Under the pieces are notes generated by a model. It saw only the letters and a list, made by a program, of their open reading frames with translations. It did no database searches and was not told where the DNA came from. From an uncultured Verrucomicrobiae bacterium (GTDB lineage: Bacteria; Verrucomicrobiota; Verrucomicrobiia; Limisphaerales; UBA11358): a DNA stretch of 64,000 nt. The stretch covers positions 345,018 to 409,017 of the forward strand of contig CAWDIX010000003.1 of assembly GCA_963802515.1 (NCBI GenBank), in the 5' to 3' direction. The position numbers and the translations under genes are program-made. This document shows positions 7,059-14,889 of this stretch, piece after piece; the first letter of the stretch is position 1, and each line of letters begins with the position of its first letter.

Positions 7059-9815
7059 TTAGTTGGGTTTTTGAGTGAGAATGATCTTTTCCAAAGTGTC
7101 GAGTCGTTGTTTCAACTTGGCGTTCTCGGCGCGGGTTTCCTCCAATTTCCGGTTCAATCCCTGAATCGCCGCCAAGGCCACACCGCTTTCATCCACGGTG
7201 GAGATGCTGGTGTCATCCTGGCCGAGACCGAACGCTGCACGGAAATCCTGCGCCACGGGACCGAGATGCTTCTGCTCCGGCTGCGCCTTGTAACTCCACG
7301 TCGTCACCGGCAGCGCGGCGACCTGCGCCAGCACCGCCTGCGCGTCCACGCCGGCAAAGCCCTGCTTGAGATTGCGATCCGAGGCGTTGATCCAACTGCT
7401 GCCGTCGCAACGGGCGTTGACCACCATCAGCTTGTTGGTCGGGTTGAGCGTGCCGATGCCCACGTTGCCGTTGGTGGAAAGATAGAGCCGGGTCGTGGTG
7501 TTGTTCAGCACGAAGGCCAATCCGTTGCCGGCAATACCGGTCTCCGGTGCGTAGTTGTAAACCATCGCCCACTTGATGCTATTTGCGTCAAACGCGCCGT
7601 TGCGCGCCGTGCTGTGAAAATGGATGCCGCCGTAGCCGCCGGAACCGCTCATGTTTGTCGGGAAATTCAGGGCCAAACCCTCGTTGTAAGCGAGTGCCTG
7701 GGCGTCTAATCGCGCATCGCCGTTGACATCCAGCGCCGTGGCCGGATTTGTCTTGCCGATTCCCACGCTGCCGCCGTTGAAGATGCCGTTGCCATTAATC
7801 CGGAAGGCTGCCGCCTGATCAACCAAGGTTTGATTTTGGAGGTAATTTCCCGAGCCGGGCGCCGGGAGCACGCCGGTCAAGCCCGCGCCGTTGCCGCTAA
7901 AACTGTTGGCCGGGTTGTTCAGTGTCAAGGCGCTGGAGTAAGTCCCGGCAAGCCTTGCGCTGGCCAGTGTGCCACTCGAAATATTGGCCGCGCTGAGATT
8001 AACCATCCCGGATCCATCGCCGGAGAAGTTGCCGGAGAAACTATTGGCAGCATTGTTCATGCTATTGGCACCAGAAAAATTTTGGCTGGCATCGAGCAAG
8101 GCGACGTTCACCGGGAGACGCGCGTCGGCCAGGGTGCCGCTGGAAATATTGGCCGCGTTGAGATTGAAAAACCCGGATCCATCGCCGGAGAAGACGCCGG
8201 TGAAGGTCGGCGCGTTAAGCAACACCGACAGCGTGTTGACATTGATATTTGCGCTGATCAAATCCACCCTGCCATCCCCATTCGCATCCACTGCCACAAC
8301 CGAAGTTGGCGCGCTGCCCACGCCCGGCGAGGAGGCCAGCACAAATCCGCCGCTCCCGTTGTTGGTCAGCACCGACAGTGTGTTGCCGAAGAGATTCGCA
8401 CTGATCAAATCCACCCTGCCATCCCCGTTCACGTCCGCCGCCGCGACCGACCATGGCCCACTGCCCACGCCGGGCGAGGAGGCCAGCACAAACCCGCCGC
8501 TCCCGTTGTTGGTTAGCACCGCCAGTGCGTTGTCATTGTCGAGCGCGGCGATCAAATCCAGCTTGCCATCCCCGTTCACATCCGCTGCCACAACCGAAAT
8601 TGGCGAGCTGCTCACGCCCGGCGAGGAGGCCAGCACAAACCCGCTGCTCCCGTTGTTGGTCAGCACCGAGAGCGTGTTGTTACCGCTGTTCGCGCTGATC
8701 AAATCCTCCTTGCCATCCCCGTTCACATCCGCCGCCACGACCGAGAAAGGAAAGTTGCCCACGCCCGGCGAGGAGGCCAGCACAAACCCGCCGCTCCCGT
8801 TGTTGGTCAGCACCGAGAGTGTGTTGTTAGCGTTGTTCGCACTGATCAAATCCAGCTTGCCATCCCCGTTCACATCCGCTGCCACAACCGAAATTGGCGC
8901 GTTGCCCACACCCGGCGAGGAGGCCAGGACAAACCCGCCGCTGCCGTTGTTGGTTAGCACCGACAGATTGTTGTCATTGCCATTCGCGCTGATCAAATCC
9001 AGCTTGCCATCCCCGTTCACATCCGCCGCGACGACCGACGTGGGAGACCTGCCGACGACTGGCGAGGAGGCCAGCACAAATCCGCCGCTGCCGTTGTTGG
9101 TCAGCACCGACAGCGTGTTGGTATTGTGGTTCGCGCTGATCAAATCCAGGTTGCCATCCCCATTCACATCCGCTGCCGTGACCGTTTGAGGACCGCTGCC
9201 CACGCCGGGCGAGGAGGCGAGGACGAAATTACCCGACCAGGCAAGCAGCCCCTGGCCGTTCAGCGAGCCGAAACCTACATTCGTCACACCCGCACCATTG
9301 CCGCTGAAGGTGCCGGAAATGGCAACTCCGCTCGCGCCGTTCGTCACCACCACGCCTGGCAATTGCGTCAGGGTCAGCGGGCCGGTGACCTGCCCGGCAG
9401 CCACGCTGCCCGTTACGTTGCCCGCCGTGATCGCGTAAGGGGTCGGCGTTAGTTGCTGTCGCGGAGCCAGCGCAGTGTACGCGCCGTTGCCGTTGGTGCG
9501 CACGTCAATTTCCAGCCAGCGATCGGGCCCGGTGAAAATGCCCGGCTGACCGAGATTGAGCGTCACGGTAAACAAGCCGTTGCTGACAGGGGTCGCGGAA
9601 TTGGTCTGGTTGGCGAACCCGTCAATCGTTCCGGTTGGCGACCCATAAATCGCGAACACAAAATCATACGTTCCGTTGGCGGGATTCGCGCCGGAGTTGA
9701 GCCGGCCTTGATACGTGAATGCCGTGCCTTGGGCGTAGGCGACCATGAGGTGAGCGTTGAGGGCGGTCAGCAGCAAACAAAGGGCTGCATTGCGAAATGT
9801 TTTTTTCATAAGCAA
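7059..9815 (-). CDS. secreted tail-fibre-domain protein: N-terminal fibre module, seven FG-GAP/VCBS blades, C-terminal peptidase S74 intramolecular chaperone
   Basis: Signal peptide followed by FTYQGRL...RWLEIDVR...PRQQLTPTPYA. Seven units of (ADVNGDGKLDLISAN...TLSVLTNNGSGGFVLASSPGVG). C-terminus SDRNLKQGF...HLGPVAQDFRAAFGLGQDD...GVALAAIQGLNRKLEE is typical of the endosialidase/tail-fibre chaperone. Confidence 0.85.
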   Translation of the reverse strand: MLMKKTFRNAALCLLLTALNAHLMVAYAQGTAFTYQGRLNSGANPANGTYDFVFAIYGSPTGTIDGFANQTNSATPVSNGLFTVTLNLGQPGIFTGPDRWLEIDVRTNGNGAYTALAPRQQLTPTPYAITAGNVTGSVAAGQVTGPLTLTQLPGVVVTNGASGVAISGTFSGNGAGVTNVGFGSLNGQGLLAWSGNFVLASSPGVGSGPQTVTAADVNGDGNLDLISANHNTNTLSVLTNNGSGGFVLASSPVVGRSPTSVVAADVNGDGKLDLISANGNDNNLSVLTNNGSGGFVLASSPGVGNAPISVVAADVNGDGKLDLISANNANNTLSVLTNNGSGGFVLASSPGVGNFPFSVVAADVNGDGKEDLISANSGNNTLSVLTNNGSSGFVLASSPGVSSSPISVVAADVNGDGKLDLIAALDNDNALAVLTNNGSGGFVLASSPGVGSGPWSVAAADVNGDGRVDLISANLFGNTLSVLTNNGSGGFVLASSPGVGSAPTSVVAVDANGDGRVDLISANINVNTLSVLLNAPTFTGVFSGDGSGFFNLNAANISSGTLADARLPVNVALLDASQNFSGANSMNNAANSFSGNFSGDGSGMVNLSAANISSGTLASARLAGTYSSALTLNNPANSFSGNGAGLTGVLPAPGSGNYLQNQTLVDQAAAFRINGNGIFNGGSVGIGKTNPATALDVNGDARLDAQALAYNEGLALNFPTNMSGSGGYGGIHFHSTARNGAFDANSIKWAMVYNYAPETGIAGNGLAFVLNNTTTRLYLSTNGNVGIGTLNPTNKLMVVNARCDGSSWINASDRNLKQGFAGVDAQAVLAQVAALPVTTWSYKAQPEQKHLGPVAQDFRAAFGLGQDDTSISTVDESGVALAAIQGLNRKLEETRAENAKLKQRLDTLEKIILTQKPN
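8211..9240 (-). repeat. seven in-frame tandem repeats, period 147 nt (FG-GAP blades)
   Basis: The anchor gttgttgg recurs at 8358, 8505, 8652, 8799, 8946 and 9093, exactly 147 nt apart. ggcgaggaggcc recurs in each unit. Confidence 0.85.
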
Positions 9816-9920
9816 CGGGAATGTGATTGAGGTCTTGGGCTAACCGCCTACTGAAAGTCGCAGCCCCTCCCGTTTCGGTCAATGGCAAAAAGGGTTTGAA
9901 TCACGCCGCTGAGTTGAACC

Positions 9921-10217
9921 GGAAGCGACCAGTCCATTTGCTCAAGCGGCCGGGAGAAGAGCTTTCGTCGCTGTGGCCTTGGCCCACGCCGCTGCGGTGA
10001 ATTGCTTGATTTCCGTGATCTTCGCTGCGGGCAAGCGCGTGAACAAATCCTTCAAATAATCAAACGGATTGAGTCCGTGCCGCCGACAACTGCCCAGCGA
10101 AGTGTAGATCACGGCGCTGCGTTCCCCGGCCCCGGGATGTCCGAAGAACAAAAAGTTCTTTTTTCCGAGTGCCGACGGCCGAATCGAGTTTTCAATGAGG
10201 TTTGAATCGCTCCCCAA
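9921..10217 (-). mobile_element. IS66-family transposase remnant (C-terminal about 90 codons plus probable element end)
   Basis: NLIENSIRPSALGKKNFLFFGHPGAGERSAVIYTSLGSCRRHGLNPFDYLKDLFTRLP is the conserved IS66 Tnp C-terminus. The upstream part is replaced at about 10205 by the ccccaaaacgccgccgca repeat. ggaagcgaccagtcc at 9921 resembles an IS66 terminal repeat. Confidence 0.7.
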
Positions 10218-10448
10218 AACGCCGCCGCAAAGAACCGCGGGACGGCTGACGGTTCAAGCCCGCCCACCCCAGGCTGTTTTAGTATGACTTGTTCGCGACA
10301 AACGCGACAACACTTTCAATACCTACGTGGTTTCGGGAACGACGCTGAATCGCAAGTGGCCGATTGACGATCGGATACCGTGACGGCGGGGTAGCAAATG
10401 TCCGGCCCGCGGCAAACATTCAACATTCAACGCTCATCGTCCAGGTTT

Positions 10449-10590
10449 TTAGAGCAAATTGTGAAATACTGTAGCCGTTTTTCAGGAGCGCGGCGTTCAC
10501 GCCGCTTCATTGTCCTCCATGAAATTCACGTCGAAGCGGGCTGAAGCCCGCGCTCCTCCGACGGCCACGGTTTTAGTTAAACCGCTATAG
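10449..10590. repeat. 142-bp structured element, copy 1 (perfect inverted copy at 53625-53766)
   Basis: I checked the reverse complement of 53625-53766 base by base and it is identical. The element contains internal hairpins cggcgttcacgccg and gcgggctgaagcccgc, flanked by ggagcgcgg/ccgcgctcc. Confidence 0.9.
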
Positions 10591-10728
10591 ACTGCGGGAC
10601 AGGGATATCCCGCGAATCCGGCGGCAAGGATCGGTCTTCGCCAAGGCTACGTCCCGACTGGTGCCAGCACTCCCACGGTTTCGATAAACTGCGTGCGTTC
10701 AAGCGCCGCAAACGGCTTGACTCGTCGG

Positions 10729-13410
10729 CTATTTCCTGGTGCCCGCCTTCGGTTTGGTTGATTTTGCTGACGAGGCGGGAGCGGCAGATTTCCCGGCTTC
10801 GACTTCCTTCTTCAATTCATCAACCGATTTGTGCAGATCGCGGTTGTCGCGCTGGAGGTCCATGACTTCCTGGCGGAGATTCTTGAAGTCGTCCACCGGC
10901 CGGCGGGCCGCGCGCAGGTCGTTGACGGCTTGCTCGGCGGCGTGCTGCTCGGGGGTGTCGCTTGAGGCGCTGGCGAATTTCTGGAGCACGGGGATCGCCT
11001 TGGCATCGCCCAGTGTGCCGAGCGCGCGAATGGCGGCAACGCGGACGCTCAGCTTTTTGCTGTCAACGTAGCCGATGAGGAAATCGTTCACGCCGTCTTT
11101 CTGCTCCTCGTTGCGTTCCAGGTGCGCGAGGGTTGCGAGACCCTGGGACAAGCCCTGCGAGGTGAAATCAGCTTCGTGTTCCTTGAGGGCGCTTTGGAGC
11201 GCCGGCGCCAACGCGGGGTCGTCCTGCGCGCGGATGCCTCCGATGGCCGAGACCGCGAGTCCGTTCCGGTAGGATTGCGAGTTCAGGTATTTCACGAGCG
11301 TGTCCTCGACATTCGTTTTGGCGTAGCCGGCGATGGCGGTCAGCGCCGGTCCGAGCACGTCGGGGTTCTTCTCTTCGGCGATCACCTGGCACGCGGCATC
11401 ATAGGCGCTGTCCCGGTAGAAACCGCCGATATCCATCACGACCGCGCGGCGGACACGCGCGTCACTTTGCTTTTGCGAAGCCAGGAGCGCATCAAGCGCG
11501 TCGTCGGTGTGGATGGAGCGCAGGGCGCGCGCGGCTTCGAAGCGCACGCCGTAGAATTTGTCGCTATTGAGCGCCTGCTTGAGTTTCGCGACGGATTCCT
11601 TGTCCTTCTTGTCGCCCAACTGCACCACCGCGAGCAGGCGGCCCATCATGTCGTCCGGCGCGGTCAACTGCGCGGCGAGCATGGAGTCGGGAACGTTGAA
11701 ATTGATTTTGGCGAGCAACGTGTATTCCGGATCGAGCCGGACGGTTTCCGGGGCGGCGGCCAGCGGGAAATAGAAATCCTCCTCCTTGTTTTTCACGGTG
11801 ATGACGTTGTCCCTGGTGCCAAACGAGCCGTGGAAACGAACCGTGAGCGGGAAATTGAAGAGCAACACCCGGTCCGAGAGGTTCTGGGTCTGGCGGATGG
11901 TGACCCTGGCCAGATGCGTTTTTTCATCCCACGAATAGCTGGCATCGAGTTCGGGATAATGCGCGTGATACAGCCATTGATCGAAGAATTGATCGAAGGA
12001 ACGCCCGCTGAGTTCCTCGATGACGGCGCGCAAATCCTCGGTGGTCACATTGCCGTATTCGTGGCGCTGGAGGTAGGTGGAGATGCATTTGCGGTAGAGA
12101 TCAACGCCGAGCTGCGAGCGGAGCATGTGCAACACCCAGCCACCCTTGGGATAGGCGAGGTAGCTGAACATCTCGCCGGGCGCGTCGTAATCGCGGCGCA
12201 CGATGGCATTCACATCGTTCGGCATGCCTATGATTTGGCGCGCGTTGCCGTAAAGGTCATAGAGCAGGGTGTCGTGGCCGAATTTGTGGCCGTCGTAGAG
12301 CACCTGGTAATACGTGGCGAAACCCTCGTTGAGCCAGATGTGACTCCAATCCTTGCAGGTCACCAGATCACCGAACCATTGATGCGCCATTTCATGCGAA
12401 ATCAGCTCATCGCTGTTGCGGATATTTTCCGTGGCGTCGGTGAACAGCGTGTAGTCCGTGAGCGTGGCGGCGCTCGTGTTTTCCATGCCGCCGGCCACGA
12501 AATCGTTCACGCAAATCTGGTCATATTTCGGCCACGGATAAGGCACGCCGATTTCGTCCTCGAAAAACGCCATGATGTCGCGCGTGTCGCGGAAGGAATT
12601 GGCGGCCTCGGCGGCCTCGGACGGAGGCGTGAGAAACGCGAGCGCCACGTCGCGATGCTTGTCTTCGAGCGTCTTGAAATAGCCGGCCACGAGCGTGATC
12701 AGATAGTTGGCGTGCGGTTTTTCCTGGGACCAATGGAAGGCGACCAGGCCGGCAGAATCCTTGTCTTGCGAGATGAGGCGGCCGTTGGAAACGACGGTCA
12801 TGCCTTCGGGCACGTGGCAGGTGATTTCCGAGGTGAACTTTTCGTTCGGCGAATCGAAGCACGGGAACCAATGGCGCGCTTCGATTTCCTCGCCTTGCGA
12901 GAACAGGTGGGTGTCCCCGTCCTTGTAGCCCATTTCGGGCGTGCGGAAATAAAGTCCCTGCGTGGGCTCGGCGTGGTAAGTGACCGTGACGGTCACTTCC
13001 TTGCCGGCGGGAACGGAATCGGCAAAGGTGATAATCAGTTGATCGTCGGTGGATTGGTAGCCCTGGACTTTTTCCGTGCTGGTGACCGATTCCACGTTCA
13101 GGTCCACGGCGTCGAGTTTGATTTCATCCACCGGCTTGACCAGGGGGCGGAACTTCAGGGTGGCGATGCCGTGGACGGTGCGAGCCTTGAAATCGGGCGT
13201 GACCTCGAGCGCGAGGTGGAGCATTTCGACTTCGCGGTCCGGCGCGTATTTGAAGTGGTCCGGGGAATCGGGCGGCGCGAAGAACGCGGCGGACTTGGCG
13301 GTTTCAGTGGCTTGGGTGAATTCGTCGGCGGATTCGTTATTATCCGCAAGGACGAAATGAGTCGGGAGGATAAAGGCCAGGGCGAGCGACAGCCTCAGAG
13401 TTCTGTTCAT
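10729..13410 (-). CDS. pepN: M1-family aminopeptidase (aminopeptidase N-like) with C-terminal HEAT-like repeats
   Basis: Signal peptide, GGMEN, then HEMAHQWFGDLVTCKDWSHIWLNEGFATY (HExxH-x18-E). Helical repeat tail. Confidence 0.9.
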   Translation of the reverse strand: MNRTLRLSLALAFILPTHFVLADNNESADEFTQATETAKSAAFFAPPDSPDHFKYAPDREVEMLHLALEVTPDFKARTVHGIATLKFRPLVKPVDEIKLDAVDLNVESVTSTEKVQGYQSTDDQLIITFADSVPAGKEVTVTVTYHAEPTQGLYFRTPEMGYKDGDTHLFSQGEEIEARHWFPCFDSPNEKFTSEITCHVPEGMTVVSNGRLISQDKDSAGLVAFHWSQEKPHANYLITLVAGYFKTLEDKHRDVALAFLTPPSEAAEAANSFRDTRDIMAFFEDEIGVPYPWPKYDQICVNDFVAGGMENTSAATLTDYTLFTDATENIRNSDELISHEMAHQWFGDLVTCKDWSHIWLNEGFATYYQVLYDGHKFGHDTLLYDLYGNARQIIGMPNDVNAIVRRDYDAPGEMFSYLAYPKGGWVLHMLRSQLGVDLYRKCISTYLQRHEYGNVTTEDLRAVIEELSGRSFDQFFDQWLYHAHYPELDASYSWDEKTHLARVTIRQTQNLSDRVLLFNFPLTVRFHGSFGTRDNVITVKNKEEDFYFPLAAAPETVRLDPEYTLLAKINFNVPDSMLAAQLTAPDDMMGRLLAVVQLGDKKDKESVAKLKQALNSDKFYGVRFEAARALRSIHTDDALDALLASQKQSDARVRRAVVMDIGGFYRDSAYDAACQVIAEEKNPDVLGPALTAIAGYAKTNVEDTLVKYLNSQSYRNGLAVSAIGGIRAQDDPALAPALQSALKEHEADFTSQGLSQGLATLAHLERNEEQKDGVNDFLIGYVDSKKLSVRVAAIRALGTLGDAKAIPVLQKFASASSDTPEQHAAEQAVNDLRAARRPVDDFKNLRQEVMDLQRDNRDLHKSVDELKKEVEAGKSAAPASSAKSTKPKAGTRK

Positions 13411-13504
13411 AGTGAGGAAGGGTTTAGCAAAAGTGGGGGCGGAAGGGAAACGGAAAACATCCAGCCTTCAGAATTTAGCCATTGAAATATAGGCGGCTCT
13501 GGTG

Positions 13505-13600
13505 ATGGCGAAACTGCAGGAAGACGCCCGGACCCTCGCTCCCCAAAACGCCGCCGCACGGCCGACGATTCAAGCCCGCCTCAACCCGGGCCTGGTTTGG
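13505..13600. repeat. dispersed repeat copy (gaagacgcccggaccctcgctccccaaaacgccgccgca ... ttcaagcccgcc)
   Basis: Matches the 3' part of R2 (6586-6625) and the 10207-10275 copy. Confidence 0.7.
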
Positions 13601-13617
13601 CATGACGCCAGTCAGGG

Positions 13618-14085
13618 TCAAGTGGTGGATGGTTGGATTCGATTCTTTAGTATCTTTTTCACGAGTCGTTCCAGATTCCCAACTTTCGACACCTCACATT
13701 CCCAAATGATAAGCACTTTCCAGCCTGCGTTGCGCAGCCGGCGCACTGTCAGCCGGTCACGGCGCTTGTTCCGGCGGATTTTTGGTAGCCAGTAAGCACG
13801 GTTCGACTTTGGTTTGCGCCGTCCGTCAGAGCATTTCGGGCAGCCGTGCCAGAAGCAACCATGAACGAACAAACAAATCCGTCTGCTCGCGAAGACGAGG
13901 TCGGGGTTTCCAGGCAATCTTGAATCGTGAAGGCGGTAGCGGCAGCCTGCTGCGTACAAGTAAAGTCCCGTTCGGAGCGTATCATGTGCGCGGGTTCTTA
14001 TGGATGGTAATTTGCGCCCAGGGCCTGTTGGATATGAGCGAAAGCTGTGTTTTTTCTCCCGCGTAAAGCGATGCCACGCGGGCAT
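13618..14085 (-). CDS. vsr: very-short-patch-repair (Vsr) endonuclease, orphan, atypical N-terminus
   Basis: LPGNPDLVF, FVHGCFWHGCPKC, YWLPKIRRNKRRD and GWKVLIIWECE align with E. coli Vsr. The first roughly 30 codons overlap a vestigial gene end in another frame. Confidence 0.75.
   Translation of the reverse strand: MPAWHRFTREKKHSFRSYPTGPGRKLPSIRTRAHDTLRTGLYLYAAGCRYRLHDSRLPGNPDLVFASRRICLFVHGCFWHGCPKCSDGRRKPKSNRAYWLPKIRRNKRRDRLTVRRLRNAGWKVLIIWECEVSKVGNLERLVKKILKNRIQPSTT
13998..14069 (-). repeat. vestigial 3' end (copy 3) of a Het-C-type gene
   Basis: Translates to ALRGRKNTAFAHIQQALGANYHP*, compared with FRWRKNTAIAHIQKILADNYHS* at the end of 14890-16533. Confidence 0.6.
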
Positions 14086-14100
14086 GGTTTTTCCCCGTTC

Positions 14101-14196
14101 TCATGTATGGTAGTTTACTGCAAGAGCCTGTTGAATATGGGCAATAGCCGTGTTCTTACGCCAGCGGAATTGGTTCGGGAAGGCCTGCCGGTCACC
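14101..14196 (-). repeat. vestigial 3' end (copy 2) of a Het-C-type gene
   Basis: Translates to [31 protein letters not shown]. The core ccagcggaattggttcgggaaggc.tgccggtc is almost identical to 14947-14980. The remainder differs mostly at third codon positions. Confidence 0.75.
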
Positions 14197-14776
14197 TGCG
14201 TTTGGCTTTTGTCCCGCCGGCACCGGTCGTTTCTTTGCCGATGGCATGGAAGCCGATTTCGCGCTTGGGTTTGGCTGGCGGCGACATGAGTTCGCGGATG
14301 GCGTCGAAGAGGGATTTGATGGCCTGGTCGTGGCCTTCCAGGCGGCGTTCCAGTTCGGCGAGTTTCCGGGCCAGGGCTTCGTTGCCCGCCAGCATCCGGC
14401 GCAGGCTGACGAATGCACGCATGATGGCCACATTCACCTGCACGGCGCGTTCGCTCCGCAATACGCTGGAAAGCATGGCCACACCTTGCTCAGTAAAGGC
14501 GTAGGGATTGTGCCTCCGTCCACCGCGTTGTTTTGATATTCCAGTTTGGAAGATCAAACCCGCGGCCTCTTCGTCGGAGAGCTGAAACATGAAATCGAGC
14601 GGGAACCGGCGTAAGTTGCGCTTGACGGCTTTGTTCAAGTTGCCGGTCGTGACGCCGTACAGGGCTGCCAAGTCAGCGTCCAACAGCACTTTCTCGCCGC
14701 GCGCAAGGTGGATCAACTTCTCGACCTGCTCGACTGGAACCAGTTGTGTCACGGTTTGGCTGTTCATGAGGCCCAT
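14192..14776 (-). CDS. ORF6N-domain (KilA-N-related) DNA-binding protein
   Basis: [46 protein letters not shown] is the ORF6N signature. AGGAG lies 5 nt upstream of the ATG at 14776. The ORF-track GTG start is at 14782. Confidence 0.8.
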   Translation of the reverse strand: MGLMNSQTVTQLVPVEQVEKLIHLARGEKVLLDADLAALYGVTTGNLNKAVKRNLRRFPLDFMFQLSDEEAAGLIFQTGISKQRGGRRHNPYAFTEQGVAMLSSVLRSERAVQVNVAIMRAFVSLRRMLAGNEALARKLAELERRLEGHDQAIKSLFDAIRELMSPPAKPKREIGFHAIGKETTGAGGTKAKRR

Positions 14777-14889
14777 ATCCACTCCTGTTGACCGTGGCGA
14801 GCGTGCCGGATTTGTGGCGCAAAATCAATTCCGAAACGGCGGCGCCTGATTTCAATGGCGAGAACCGGGAAACAACTCTTTCACTGATT

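Noticed and set aside
8211-9240. CRISPR-like regular repeats.
   Set aside because: The 147-nt periodicity is continuous coding sequence for FG-GAP blades, with no spacer/repeat alternation. No cas genes were seen in the window.
7059-9815. Prophage, inferred from the tail-fibre/S74 chaperone domain.
   Set aside because: No capsid, terminase, portal, baseplate, integrase or lysis genes are adjacent. The protein has a Sec signal peptide and cellular neighbours.
11122-13485. Very long ORFs on the strand opposite well-supported genes. Examples: 11122-13485(+), 34878-36278(+), 22061-23455(+), 7969-9189(+), 5615-6544(+), 47236-48747(-), 51858-53090(-), 48860-50152(+), 30226-31200(+), 39425-40216(+).
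   Set aside because: Each mirrors a CDS with clear family motifs on the other strand. Their translations are Arg/Gly/Pro/Ala-rich low-complexity sequence with no recognisable motifs, as expected for stop-poor antisense frames in GC-rich DNA.
14101-14433. 110-aa ORF as an independent gene.
   Set aside because: Only its last 31 codons are homologous to anything (the vestigial tail). The rest is an alternative frame of the well-supported ORF6N gene.
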